Origin: a virus
Lineage: Duplodnaviria > Caudoviricetes
Reading direction: 5' to 3' (one strand)
IMG/VR virus record: IMGVR_UViG_3300028805_000096
Span: 1 to 64,000 of that record
Length of the DNA: 64,000 bases
Both the position numbers and the translations under genes were made by a program. The notes under the pieces were generated by a model. It was not told the origin of the DNA. It saw nothing but the letters and a program-made list of their open reading frames with translations, and ran no database searches. Below, piece after piece: positions 46,345 to 60,700 of this stretch (its first letter is position 1; every line of letters starts with the position of its first letter).

Positions 46345-48242
46345 TTATTGTGTTATTATATAAAGCACATTTGCTTCAGTAGCTGACGCTTCACTTGAAG
46401 TAGCAACGATTCTTCCGTCTACGTATGTTTTTGTGGTTAGCTGTGTTCAAGATGTTGGAGTTAAAGTTGAAGTAGGGAGATTTGTGTTGAATGTATTTGT
46501 TCATGTGAATGCGTTTGTTCCAGCTTTTGTTGCATATCCGCTCAAATCTAGAGTTGCTCATAATGGATCTCGCTCTGTTCCGTTCCATACATAGTTTTGT
46601 CAATCTCTATCTGTTACATTCCATACATCTCATGTTTTTTGGTCTGTTAATGCCTGGAGTTGAGCTCGTGTACAGCTACCTTTTACTCTATATACAGAAC
46701 CGAGAGCTTGGATCGCATCGTATACAGCATTACTTGTTACTGCGTTTGTTGAGTTCTCTGTTACTGTGCTGTCTATTTTTACCATTCAGTATGTTGAAGC
46801 TCATGCTGATGGGAATGTGATAGTACTTGCGGAAGCTTGGTTTGTAGTGAATGTTCCAATTGTTGTAGTTGTATCTGGAGATTTCAATGTAACTGTAGTG
46901 TTTTTTATAGCTCAGTCAACATATGTTTTTGTTGTTAAATCTGCCGCATTTGTAGGAGTTTTTGTTGATGTAGGGAGAGATGTATTGAATGTGTTAGTTC
47001 CTGTAAATGCGTTCGTTCATGTTGTTGTGGCGATGTTATTCAATGCTACTGCTCATGTCTGTGGAGTTCATTCATTCAGAGACACACTTGATACTCATGT
47101 ATCTAGTGAGTTTATTGCGTCGTATACACCTCATGATGTTATGAGGTTTGTACTGTCTTCGGTTGGAGTTGTGTCTGTAGGAAGATCTAGTGTAGAGTCG
47201 CTAGTTTGGTTTGCAGTAAAAGTTACTGTGTCTATTACCGTATTTCCATTTTTACGGTTGATAGTAAGTTGTCCGTCTGGTAATGTTAAATCTACACCAC
47301 CAAATTTGAATTTTTTGATTACAGTCATTTTTTAGTCTGTTATAATATAAAGTACTGTATTGTCTGTTGCAGACGATTCGTCGTCTGTACTTACTGTCCT
47401 TGTATCCACATATCATTTTGTGACAAGGTCTTTTATATCTGTTGGTATTGCACTACTTTGTGGTAGTGTGGAGAATGTTTTTAGTCATGATATAGTTTGT
47501 GCTGATGTTAGGTCTAGATATGAAGATGTCATTCATTCGTATTCCAATTGGATTGATGACGTTGCGACAAACTGAAGGATATTCATTTTGTTTGTTTGCA
47601 TTGTTACATCTAGTCCGTTTGGATTAGAGATGTTATTTCATAGTGTCACCGTATATGCTGAGTTTCATTGATTCACTCTCAATATGTATATTTGTCATTC
47701 TTTGAGTCATGTTCATGCTGATATTGTGAAGTTTGATGTAGGGGTTGTATATGTTCTTAGGTTCTCTATCGTAACATCTCATTGTTTTAGTACCCGTCTG
47801 AAATCTGCATACTGCATATCTCACACAAGGTTGTCCCATTTGAACTCATCGTCGTTGTTATATCTAGGTCAATTTCACAGCTGTGGACTATTCACTGAAT
47901 TTATTCTCACAGGCTTGATTCTTGTTGACATTATTATTGCGTTATGAGATATAAAGTATTTGAGTCTGTTGCTATACTCTCATTTGCTGTGGGAGTTATT
48001 TTTGGAACTGTATCGATATCTGCTTTATTCGCTAGGTTTGCAGATAGCGAATTTATGCTTTGTGCTATGGCTTTATTTTGTACGGGGTTGGTAGATTCTT
48101 CACTAAGGCTTGGATCTATCACAAGTCACGCTCATCATCATTCTCAGTATCAGAACGTTGTTTCGTCTTCATATGTTACAAATTGTCATGTGATTGGATC
48201 TATATTTGCCTTTAGTCTACTTGGCTTTAGTTTTGTAACCAT
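46345..48242 (-). other. three tail/fibre genes (46345-47328, 47332-47931, 47934-48242)
   Basis: Open with TGA=Gly; TKTYVD repeats; shared C-terminal LYIIT(D/Q) motif. Confidence 0.8.
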
Positions 48243-48266
48243 GTTTTATTCAGTTAAGTAGTAAAA

Positions 48267-50348
48267 TTAGTTTGAACTTACTACTCGGATTATTGCATAT
48301 TCTGTTGCTCATAGGTTAGAGAATGTTACTACTCCGTTTGCACATGTGTAGTCTGTTGTTGGGAATAATGCAGTTCCAGAATCTGTGAACACCATTATTG
48401 AGCTATCACTAACTGGAGTATGTTGTAGAGTGTAAGTTGTTGCACCTGCAGAAGTTGTTTCTGTATAGAATCCAAGGTTTACTGCTATGTTTATGTTTCC
48501 GTTTCCGAGTATTGATTGGTTGTTTATTGTTTTGATATTTTGTCCACTTATCAATGTTTCCTGCTTTGTATTTAATGCATCCAATACAACGTGAGATGAT
48601 GGATATTTTGTTGTGCTATCCGTGATTGTAGCTGTATCTTTATTTGTGATATTTTCTGGTGTATATCATAAGCTATCTTGTTTTGCGTCTAATAGAGTTT
48701 TTACTACTGCACTTGATGGATAGTGAGTTGCGTCGTTTACTAGAGTTACAGTATCTTTATTTGCTTGGTTCTCTGGAGTATATCAGATTGCGTCCTGTTT
48801 ATTTGTCCATGTTTGGATCTGTCCTGCTGTTACGAACTTGTTTGTAGTAGCTGTATCATCTATATCGTCTGCGTCTAATACTACAGCTCATGTTTGTCCG
48901 TTTACTGATATTACTTCTCCACTAGATAACAATACCTGCCAATCTGCTAGTGTAGATGGATTGTTGTTATTTAGTTTTACGAAAGTTTTTGAGATATCTG
49001 TCCTGATTGCTCTATCTCATGTTTCTGCAGTCAATGCAAGCATTGCAGCTTCACTATCTACTACGAATGTCTGTCCTATAGCTAGTGGAGGTAGTACAGA
49101 ATCATCTAGTTTTCCTGATGCATTTAATGCTGCTACTCCATTTGCTACGTTCTTTTCATTTTGAAGTATGAACTGTGTTGCTGTCCCATTTGGTCATAGG
49201 ATGAATTGGTCGTTTACAGTTAAGTCTTGATCTATTGTTGCACTTCCTCCGATACGAGCTGATCCATCTATGTTAGCGTCCTGGTCGATATCTACAGATT
49301 TTTTGAAGTTAGCTGCTTCATCTACTGTGAGAGTTCCTCAAAGTCTAGTGTTTCATGTTGCTTCTAGCGTTCAGTTGAATGTTCAGTTATTTCAGCTGAT
49401 ATCTGCTCCACTTATATTTCCTGTAGCTGCTATAGTTCAATTCACTGAGGTATTTCCTGCTGTTAGTGTTCATTGGATTTCAGCATTTCATTCTATAGTT
49501 GCATTTCATCCGATATTTGCATCTCATTCTGATGTAATACTATCTACTGTTGTTGCACCTGCAGTTAGAGTTCATGTGATTTCTTCGTTTCAAGCTATTG
49601 TTTGATTTCATCCGATAGTTGAATTTCAGGATATGTTTTGACTATCTGCTGTGATATCTGTTGCAGTTAATGCTGCTAGTGTAGAAGCTCAAGCTACTTC
49701 GAAATCTCATGCTATTTGTGCATCTCATTCTATATTTAAAGCTTCTCTTACAGTTAAGTTTCCTGTGATTGTTACGTCTCACAAGTACCAAGCTAATGCA
49801 GAGAAGTCTCCAGTTATTTCTGTTCCGTTAGACAATACGAATGTGTAGAGTCAGTCGAATGGATCTGATTCTGGGTTTGTTTCTCTGATTGATTCTAGTC
49901 TTACGTCAGAATATTGAGGAATTGCAAGTCCTTGGTTTACTACGAATCTTACTTCGATGTAAGCGTCATTAATGTCTTGTACCATAAATTGTCCTACTGA
50001 AGCACTTTCAGTTGATAGGTCGATTTTCTGGTCTGCTGTCATTGTATAGAAGAATCCTACCTTTGGTGTTCCCTCTCATGAAACTTCCATTTTGTATGTA
50101 TTGTCCCATGCTATTGGTGTGTAGTTTACTCTATCCAATTCTTTTGTTTCGTTTGTCTCTGAGAAGACTTTTTTGTCATCACAGATTCCCCAGATAAGAG
50201 ATTCTGGTGTAGCCAGGTCTACGTACATTTGTCCTCCTGCTCATTGTACTAGAGTGAGGATGTCTCCTGGTTTACATACTAATCAGTTCTTTGCTACGTT
50301 AGAGTATGAGAAGCTGACCGTGTTGATTCTTGCTGTTTTTACTGCCAT
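48267..50348 (-). CDS. tail fibre/spike with beta-helix-like repeats
   Basis: 694 codons; GNxxIxG repeats, NGVAALNASGKL, NIKTINNQSILG. Confidence 0.8.
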
Positions 50349-50427
50349 CTTAATATTAGTAAAGGTGTAAAATTATTTTACTGCCTTGAGATTATATGGA
50401 ATTTTGCATTTTTCAAGTGCTAAAGTA

Positions 50428-50460
50428 TAAATAAAAAGAGTGCCTACACTTGTGGCACTC
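50428..50460 (-). terminator. intrinsic terminator after portal 2
   Basis: GAGTGCC/GGCACTC stem followed by a T tract on the minus strand. Confidence 0.7.
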
Positions 50461-52342
50461 ATTCTAAAGGTTTTGCTGGAGTCAGCTGTTGCATTCCTGC
50501 TTGTTGCATTGCGGATTGTCATCCCATCATTTGAGATACTGCGTCTCCTCATTCATTCATTCCTGCAAGTTGCATGATGTTTTCTTTCATCTCTGCTATT
50601 TGCTGTCTCTTCTTGTCTTTCTTTGACTCTGGGAATGTGTTGAAGTTGTAATCCCAATACAAGTCCATCAGCTTTCCTATGTTCTTTATTTCCTCTGGTG
50701 TAGCGAGTTGTGGGTTTAATTGCCACAATGCTACTTTGTTTTGTACGTATTGTGTGAGGTTGTTTTTGTCTACCATTTTCCATACTCCGTTGTTTGATAC
50801 GGTCTGTACTATTACTCTGAATCTTTGTTTGATCATGTCTTTCTTGAATTCAAAGTATCCGTAATCTCCCATATCTTCTTCCTCTATTTCTATCTTTACT
50901 CCTTTTTGCTTTATCTTCCTGTCTGGTACGACTATCTTTGGTGTCTCTACTCTTGTCTCTACCAGTTTTCCGTCAGAGTATGTTTTCTTTGTTATGTTTA
51001 TCAGCTTGTATCAGAACTGCACGATGTTATCCATTGCTGCGTTCAGACATGCTGTTAATAGATTATTCTTTCCGTCTTCCAACGATCCAAGTCTTGTGTT
51101 CCTATTGTTTTCTATTATCTCCACAGTTCCTAGCTGTGCAGCACTTGGTTCGTATGTGCTTCTTAGGTTCTCTCCTGTATCCATTGTTATCTGGTTGTCA
51201 ATGAATTGGAGTACTGCCTGGTAGTTTCCAACGTTGCTTGCTACCTGTGTGAGTTGCATGTCGTTTACTCCACCAGTCATTGATATTTTATTGATCCTGT
51301 TAGTTCTGATATTTTGTGTTCCGTCTACGTCACTTCTGTTTCAGATTAGGAGTAGAGGACTTCCTGACATTCTACTATTATCTAACAAGTTTTGAACAAT
51401 CTCTTCTTTATATACTACCATTGGTTGTATCTTCTCAGGAATTCAGATTCCGTATAGGCATGTTTCATCTGGGAAGTATTGAGCCATAGCAATTGGGAGC
51501 TGTCAGCTTATGCTTATCATCTTTCCTCTGTATATTATCGTATTGTAGTTTGCGATGATTGCCATGTCTCCTGTATCTTTGTTGTAGTATCTATGGATTA
51601 TTATTGGCTTGTTTTCGTCGTTTGTACCATTTTCTATTGATTCCAATGGATATGGTTGGTTGAAGTTATCTGTCCTTTGTGTTTTTAATAGGTTCAGATG
51701 TTTGAAGTTTGGATTATTTCCCCATCTCTTCATTACTTCCTCGTACGTCAGAGTTTCCTGGATTATGCAGTCTGTTGCGTCTGACATTCTGGCGTGGATC
51801 GCTTTGTCATCTACCCAGACGTTTCTGATAGGAATCCATTGAGGTGTGAATATGTTTTGTATCTCTACTACTTCGTCGTACTTTACATCGTATAGTCAGT
51901 CTGATTCGTCAGATGGTTTATAACTTCTTGCTGTCTTTTCCCATATTCCTGTGAAGAAGCAACACGTTCCGTATCTTCTTCTCTCTCCTAGTCCACGTTT
52001 CCATTCGTCATGGAATCCTCCAGCGTAGATTTGGTAGTCTAGCATCATCTTTGCTACTAGGATTTCGTTCTGGTCTGGCTCTCATGTTGGACGCAATGTG
52101 TAGTTTAGGTTAGTTCATTCTCTACCTGCTGACATTTCCATTACGTTGTGTTCCTCCTTTAGAGCCACAAGGTAGTTTCCGTAGGAATCATATTGTGGTT
52201 TCTTTAGCATAGTTGCGTCTATGGCGTTCCACTTTACGTCGTATGGATTACGAGCAGCTTTCATGAGATTCCATCTTTTTTGGTAGTAGGACAAGAACCT
52301 TTCGTTCTCTATCTCTACGTTGATTACTTTTTTTGGTTTCAT
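50444..52342 (-). CDS. portal protein (P22-like), module 2
   Basis: Four track fragments lie in one frame joined by TGA; YGTCCFFTG, RNVWVDD, LPIAMAQYFP..LYGIGIPE. Confidence 0.82.
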
Positions 52343-52364
52343 CCTTGATTATGTTGGATATAAA

Positions 52365-52820
52365 TTATGGATTGTATGGATCTGGTTGTTTTGGTTTTTG
52401 AGTTTGGGCATCTATTATAGCATTCAGTCAATATAGTTGTTTGTCTGTAGCTTGTTGATCCGTGATATTGAATCAATTGTATTTTTCCCGTCATCAAGAG
52501 TTTTTATTTTCGACTCTTTTTCGCATATATACAGTTATTGACGGTTGATAATTTGATGCTCATGTCGTCACTTTTACCGTTCATCATTCCTCTCACTGTG
52601 TTATATCTTGTTGAGATAGAGCAGCAGCTCATAGTTCTTTTTCTGCATCTTTTAGGTTTACATTTTGTGACGTATCATCTACACATACCAAGCACCTCCC
52701 CTTTCAGAAAGGTACTCGATATGTTCATTGCCATATTCCAGATGGTATCATTTTATCTGTTGTTATGTAGATTGCTCACACTGGGAATGGGCATTCTATA
52801 CTATATGAATTATAATCCAT
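52365..52820 (-). CDS. baseplate/tail-tip-like protein
   Basis: FPVGAIY, GTYWVPFGKGRCLV, YQPSITVYMWKR (W from CGA). Confidence 0.8.
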
Positions 52821-52834
52821 TGTGTTATTTTAGG

Positions 52835-54697
52835 TTAAATTGATTGAACGATTTTATATGGTTGTGATTTTTGATGTAATGTCTTTCCCATCCATTCTAC
52901 TCACAAATATGTCGCAAAGTATCATCATAAGTATGTTCTCACATCTCCTGATGGATCTAATGCTCATTTAAATGTGAATCAATATGGGCTTCATGCGACT
53001 CCAGGAGTATCTGTTTGTGGTCTATAATATAGAGATATCATATCTCATTCATATAGGTCTACTTCACAGTCCATTGTTAGGTCTAGCCAAGGTCATTGTA
53101 CTGTAGCATATGCTCATCCTTGTTTTGCAGTAGCAAGCCATACTGAATTATAAGATTGATCTGTATTTCTTGATGTTTGTAAATGTATGCTTCATCTTCA
53201 TAGATTGATGTACATATTCTGTGATGGTTTGTTGTTTTCTACTATTATGTGTCAGTATACTCTATAATGACCGTCTTTTATAATGTTTATTCATTGTGCT
53301 GTTACCATATCATGATTTCATGTACATTTAGTGAATGTCGCTTGTGCTGGTACACCATTTAAGTCTGAGTCAAATGATCATGTAACAGTTTGGTCATCTA
53401 CTCTAAATACCATCGCACTCCAGATATTTCCATCTCCTGCCATTCAGTCTTTTGATAGTAGTTGCCAGTATGGATTATCCTTTGGTGCGTCATCTCCTGC
53501 TGGTACTCATCCTTGCGTGATATAGTATCAGAATATTTCATTTCCCCATGGATCAAATTCTCCTGTGCTTGCTCTTACCATAGCGAGTTGAGTATATGGA
53601 GTATTTGCGTTCCATTCTCATTCATTATGTGGAGATATTCAGTCGTTTCCTTTTTCTCCAGGAGCTCCAGGAGCACCATCTTTTCCAGGTCTTCATTCTA
53701 CTGGTACTACTATTGTTCCTCCTGGTTCTCATTGCTCTCCATCTGCACCATCTACATTGAGGAGCATCCATCCGTCACTCTCTCCTGGGATATCTTGAGA
53801 ACCTGCAGGTCTTGTTTTATCATTCCATATCCAAGAACATCCTACTCCGTCCTGGTCTGGATATCTTACTATGTCTAGGTATTCGTATGTATATGCAGAG
53901 CTCCAGTCGTTTCTTGGTCTAGGAGATTTTCCATCTTCTCCATCTTCTCCTCTTGGGAGTGTTAGGTCGAGTTCTCTCATTGTTGGAGATACTGTTCTGA
54001 TATTTGCTGCAGGAGTTTGTCCTCCTGTTACTTCTCCTATTCTAAGGTCTATTGTGTCTCCATCTTCTCCTTTTGGTCCAGGTTTTCCATCTTCTCATGG
54101 CTGTCAGTTTGCTCAAGCTGGAATTTGGAACGTTAGCTCGTAGTTATTTCCTTGTGGATCTACGATTAGGTTTGCTGGTGAACCTACTGGGAGTGTTTGT
54201 ACTGGTTTGAACGTAAATGTTGGAGTTTCTCCGTCTTCTCCCTTTGGTCATTGTGGAGATAGTGAAGAATCGAAATAGTATGTGAATTCTCACTTTGTTG
54301 GAGTTATAACTTGCTCTAGTCTGAATTGTCCTCATTTCTCTGCTTTTGTTGCATAGTTGATATGTTGCAATTCTCCGATTATCAAGAACGTTTGACCTAC
54401 GTCTTCCTGTGTTATTTCTCCGTTTTGTACTTCCATTGTGAAAGTCTCCCATCTTCTTTTTGGGAAGTAGATACACATTCTATCGTGTCACTCTGTAGCA
54501 GGTTCTTTGACTTGCTCTTTGTTATAGATGTCGTTTGTTGCGATTCACTCTATAACTGTTGATGGTGTTGCAGGTATTATGTAACCATTCTCGAGAGAGA
54601 CGAATATTCCGTCTCTCAGTTCGATTCATTCCTTGATTGGTTTTTGGATGGCTACTGGGAATAATGTCTGCCTTGTTTTATTCTTTGATGTTCCCAT
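52835..54697 (-). CDS. collagen-like repeat virion protein
   Basis: GPKGEDG, GEDGKPG, GAPGAPGEKG Gly-X-Y runs. Confidence 0.8.
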
Positions 54698-54758
54698 TTA
54701 TTATGGTTTAGGAATTAAATATTAATTTGTTGTAGTTTTTTATTTTGTTTTTACAAGA

Positions 54759-57700
54759 TTAGTCTTCTGATGTTCAAGCTCATCCTGCACGATATTCGTC
54801 TCCATAGTTGTTTGAGTTAAGTATCTCTCGTTGCCTGTCTGTTAGTTCCGTACTTCATTCTTCTCTATTTTCTCGTTCTATTTGTCTTTTGAGTAGGTCT
54901 TGTAGCACTCTTAGTTCAGACAAATCTTGTGCGTATAATTTTTTTCAGTTATCTTGTCGTTTTTTCTTTAGCTCATCTATTCTTTTTTGAATTTGCTCTG
55001 TTGTATAGTCTCATAGTCCTGGTTCTTTATTTACTGTACCATCTTTTGCTACGTCTACTAGTGGAGTTCATCATGTTGGCTTATTTGGTTCTGGTTTCTT
55101 TGGAGTAGTTGGTTCTTCTGGTTTATCTCATCCTTTGTTTTTCTTGGTTCTTGGATTTACTTTATCCATATTCCATAATAGTACATAGTCGTGAGATGTT
55201 TCTACTCAGTCATATTTTGTTACATCTCTCATAGTTTCTATTACTTCTTTGTTTGATTTTCCAGATTCTCATTTTATGAAGCTTGATAGCTCAGCTAGTG
55301 GTACATATTGCCACATTTCGTTTGGTTCTATTCAGAGTTTTTCACTTATCTGTTTGATTTTTTCTTCTGAGATAGTTGTTCCCTCTTTTGCTATCAATAA
55401 TCCTTTACCGTCTATTGTGTATTGGTGCTTCTTATCTGTGTATGCATTATCTGATTTTGTACTTACGGATAGTCCTATTCAGTTTGGATCGTCCTTTGTT
55501 TTGTCTAGGTCGAATTCTTTTATATTTGAATCACTTGCGTGGTAGAATTCTTTATATGGAGACAGTGTGTTTGTGAACTCTATTTTTTCTCTATCCGTCA
55601 TTTCTCATCTTGCGTCCGTTCCTCATTTGTAGAATAGGCTGTCTTCTATTTCTTTATTTATCTGATTCAACTGCTTTCTTTCTTCCTTGGATAGTTTATC
55701 GGTTTTAGTTTCTTTTTCTCATTCTGCGACTTTTTCGGACGATACTACCTCTGTTTTCTCGTTATTTTTTTGATATTCTGGTTTATATATGTTTTCTTCT
55801 ACCCACGCCATTTGCGTTTCTGTCAATCCTTTATTTCATTGGAATGAGTCGTATTCTCATATTTTCTTTCAGTCCTTAAACACAGTCACGAATGGTGCAC
55901 CTATCTGTGTCTCTGGATCGTATCATTCTACCTCCATTGATATTCATTCTAGTTCTTTGCTTCTTTGTTCTTCAGTTATTTGTGGAGTCTCATTCTGGTC
56001 TAAGTTTTGTCTTTCTTCTTCTATCTTCTCTGCCTCCTTTATTTCTTCAGCCTCTACCTCTTTTGGTTTAGCGAATTGTCCTTGTTCTTCGTATGTTAGT
56101 TTGTCGAATTCGTCTGATATCTTATCCATCTGTTTTGTGTATTCTCTCTTATTCTCTCTGTATGGAGTTTCTGACCTCTTTTTGTCTAATCTCTTATATT
56201 CGTTTGCTAGTTCAGTTTTTTGAGCTTTGAGTTCTTCCTTTGCTTGTATCTCTACGTTTGCTTGTTCTATTATTTGGTTTAGCTGAGTTTTCTCTTCTTC
56301 GGATAATCTCTTTCTCTTGTTTAATCTTTCCTGTGCGACTCTTGCTCTTGTTTTAGGACTCTCTAATGTTGCGATTTTGTCTACAGAGCTTGTATAGGTA
56401 ATGTTCTGTGACGCTTTTTTACCCATATCTGCTCTTAGCGTATCTGTCTTTGCTTTGTCGGATCTATAGAATCCTTTATATCATTTTGCATACTTTTGAG
56501 CTTGCTCTCATTCTTCTGGAGTGATTTGGCTTTCTATTCTGTCATATTCTTCAGTAGTTTCCAGAGTATCGAAGTCTCTATTCGTTTCTCTTACCATATC
56601 TTCCCTCTGTTTTTCTCGTCTCTTGTCTCATTCACGTTCCATTTGGTTTCCTTTGTAGATTCATGCTATTTCTTTTTGTGCTTGTTGCTGGTCTGGAGAT
56701 TGCATGATTTCAGCTTGTGTGTTTTGTCTTCTAGCTTTTTCTAGTGCTGATTTTGCAGCTTCTATGTCTACGTTTGGATATTTCTTTGGATTAGCGACAA
56801 CTTCTTCAAGGTCTTTGATATCTGCACCATCATAGTTTGTTGTTTCTTCTGGAGCTCATTCCTCGATTTCCATGATGAATTCTTCTATTGAAGATGGCTC
56901 TTTTTGGATTTCTTTTGCGATGTTTTCATCTGTGAGTTCTTCTCCTTTTTCTATTACTTTATTTGTTGCATCTTCTTCTATTATGTCTGCAGTTTCGTTT
57001 AGACTCTTCTCCAATATGTCTGCCACTTTCTCTGCTTCTGGAGAATATGTTGTTTCCTCAGTCTTTCAAAGTGATGCGTCGATTATTTGTTGCTCTGCTT
57101 GATTATATCCTTGCTGTGTTTTTTCCTTGTCTTTGTATGTTTCTTTTACTCATCTATCTTCTGGTAGAGTGAATGTATCTGTAGCTTCTACTCATCCTTG
57201 TGTTGATTCTGGGAGTCTTGGAGTTGTATCTCATACTCATTGACTTCTTAGATATCTTTCCCACTCGGCTTGTTTTTGTTCTCTGATTTTTGCTGCCTGT
57301 CTATCTATCAATATTTGTGTAGCGTCATCTAGCAGTTTATCTATCTCTGCTTGTGTTTTTCACTCTGCTATTTTTGATAGCTCGTTGTATCTTTCTATTT
57401 CTCCTTTCTTGAAGCTAGCTTTTGTGTTTCAGTCTACTTTTAGAGCTTCTACGTATTGGTTATATAAATCTCGGTCTAGCTTTGTTTTAACTGCTTTGGA
57501 TTTTAGTGCGTTTCATAATCTTTCTAAAGTAGTGAATCCTAGTGATCCGAGAACGAATCCTCATCGTCATCCTACAGTTGATGCTAGCATTACTCATGCG
57601 TATCTTATCCAGTTTCCTAGCCATACACGAGTTTGTTTATACTGTGTCTTTGCTTTTATTGTACTATTTACAATGTCTGGAGAATATTTTGTAAGCTCTA

Positions 57701-60700
57701 CCAGTTTTTTTATTCCTGGTAGGATATTCTCCATCTGGTCTAGTGTTCCTTTCTCATCTCGCTTTAGTATTTGATTCTTTGCGTTATCTTTTAGCATTGA
57801 ATCTTTTCATAGTAGGTCTGATAGTACTTCAAGGTTTTCTGAAAGTTCAGCATATCCTTGGTCTATCTTGCGTAGCATTTCAGATGATCCTTGTTGCTCT
57901 AGGAATTCGTTCCATCTCTCATATAACGCTTTTTTTATTGCTTTAGGGAAATTACCAGAGCTATCCCAATCTCCTTTTGAAGTGAAGTTTGTTCTGATAT
58001 TGTGTGCGTCTTTTTCTGATATCCATGATTTTTCTGTGATTATATCTGTCATGGATTCTATATATTTTGCTACAGCTCTTTCATTTGCAGACAATACTCT
58101 ACCGTCATTTGCTACTACTGCTCTTTTTGGATTTCCTTTGTCATCTAGTCGTTCTATATATTCAAGTCCGTTTTCTCTTAATAATCTTTGGAATGGTTCA
58201 CTATATAGGAATTGTCTTGATCTTATATTCTTTTGTGTAGATAGTGCATCATATAGCTTTCATATAGCTTTCTTCATTTGTTGGATTCTATCCACGTATT
58301 TTTGCATTCTTGTGAGTCCGTCTGATAGAACTTCTCTTTGGATTTCATCATTGGACAATTTATCTTCTAGCCTTGTGTCTTTTACGTTTCATTTCTTATC
58401 TGTGATTTCAGATACAAGTCTGTCTACTATTCTAATAACAGAATCAGTGAATGGATTATTCTCCACTACTTCTATTTGCTTCTCTGTAAGTCACTCTCTT
58501 CTGAATAGCTCATCCCTTGCCTCTCTCTCTTCAATTTCTTTTCTTGTTTGTTTTTCTAGGTCTGGTTTGAATATATTATCTACTGCTTCTTTTGCGTTAT
58601 CTTCTATGTCTTTCATTAAGTCCAGTATCTTTGCAATAGTCGTCTTTACTTCTTTTGCTCATTCTGTTTCTTTTACTTCGGCTGTTCATTCTACTGTTTC
58701 TGGTGCTTCCGTTACGGCTTCTTTTACTCTGACTTCAGGATCTGGCATTGCCTCAGATTCTATAGTAGTTTCTCTCTGTGGTTCAGCAGTAGTTTTAGTT
58801 GGTTCTTGTACACTAATCTCTGTAACATCTCTTACTGTTTCTGGGATATTTTCCACTACTTCTCACTCTGCTACTCTTAATTTTTGAGAATCTTTGAATA
58901 GCTTTGATGCAGTTTCGAATAGAGTATCTAGTATTGTTTCTCATCCTGTTTCTTCTTTGATCTTTGCGGCTTCTTCCTGGAATGTTTTATGAAAATTATT
59001 TAAGGCATCTTGGAATACTGCCTTTGTTATTTGCATCTTATATTTAGCTCATTGTAGATCTACATCTACCTTAGATTTTACATCCTTTGCTTTTGATTCT
59101 ATCTTTCATGTAGTATCTCAGGCCTCTTCTGGAAGCTTTGGAGTAGTAGTTCTTCTTATTTTTTCTTTTTCTTTAAGAACATCTACCAACTTTGCACCTG
59201 CTTTGATTCTATCTGTATAGACTTTTACAGCTCTACCTATTGCTGTCTTATATTTGAGATAGTCTACTCATTTTCTACCTAGGATCTTGAGTCATTGTGC
59301 TATTTTTATTGCTGATACTGCGGATACAGCTTCTCCATATTTTTCTATTGTTTTTTCATTCCATCAGTCAGAAAATCAGATGAGATTTCATAGTCATATT
59401 GCTATATCTGCTATTCCACCCATTACGTAGTTGAATACGTTATCTATTTTAGCTCATATATATGGGAGTCCTGTCGCTGTTGTGAAAGCAACTCCTCCTG
59501 GAGTTAGAGACATTATTCCAGCGAATACTGTTGATGGGATATCGAATCAGATTCTTCATAGTTTTTCATAGTCTACGTTAATTTGGTCGAAGAAATTTCT
59601 ATCACTATCTCGATCGTTTACTGTTCTATCAATGTCATAGTCTAGGTCTGATAGTTGATTTCAAAGATTTATCCATGAATCAACCAAAGCTCTAGATATT
59701 CATTTTGAAACTTCATCTTGTTTGATTTCATTTCAATTTGTGTCATAGTATTTACCGTCTTCTTCATATGCGTTTCAGAACATTAGGGAATATAGTTTGT
59801 CTTTTATCCAAGAACTATCTCCTGTGTATGTTTCTTTTAGCATAGCATTTATTTTGCTATTGAAAGACTCACTAATGTATTTGTTTGCATAGTCTGATAG
59901 TAGTCTGTTATATTCTATTGTGTCTCATGATTCTATTGTTTTCCTCAATTCTCTTAAGCTATTCATTTGAGTATCGTATGTTTCCTGGATCTTATTCAGT
60001 TCATTTGCAGTAAGATTGAAATTAGTGTAGGTATTGAATGCGTCTTGTAGTTCTTTTATATCTGCCTCTCATTTGTTTGCAGCAAGTACGGATCTTACTA
60101 GGTTGTAGTCTGATGCTCATGATATGTTATATCCAAGCTCGTTAAACTGGTTTGCTGCGTCTTTTATTATCATTGCAGATTGGATGTATTTTGTTATTTC
60201 TTCTGGAGTTCTTCATTCAAGCTTCTCTGCTCATCAAGCGAATGCAGATATTCAATATGCGATAATATCTTCATCCGTTAATGCTTCTAGTAGGGAATCT
60301 TGTTTGTTGGCATAGTTATCATTAACTGACAGAGCACCATAAAAGTCTGCATATTGGTTTATATCTCTTCTGTTATCTGTCTCTACGTCATATAGACAGT
60401 CTTGAATAAATGCATTTATTGTATCATCTGACACGTCTTGCCATTCTGGATATGTTTCTTTGATTTGTTCCGCAGTCAGAACTCCTCAGTTTTGAGCGTA
60501 TTCATATGTTATTGAGTTATATGCGTCTCACAATGTTGATGTAGAGTCGAGTGATCTTACTATTGGCTTTGATACAATAGTATTCCCGTTTGTTAGATAT
60601 ACAGTATCTCATTCGTTATTTGTCCATCATTCGTTCAGTCATTTATCTATTCCAAGACTCTTTGCCAATACATCTATTGGAGATGTTCATGTTCTAACTC

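Noticed and set aside
57868-58887. 339-aa plus-strand Ser/Phe-rich ORF and similar plus-strand ORFs at 43-64 kb
   Set aside because: Antisense shadows of minus-strand virion genes.
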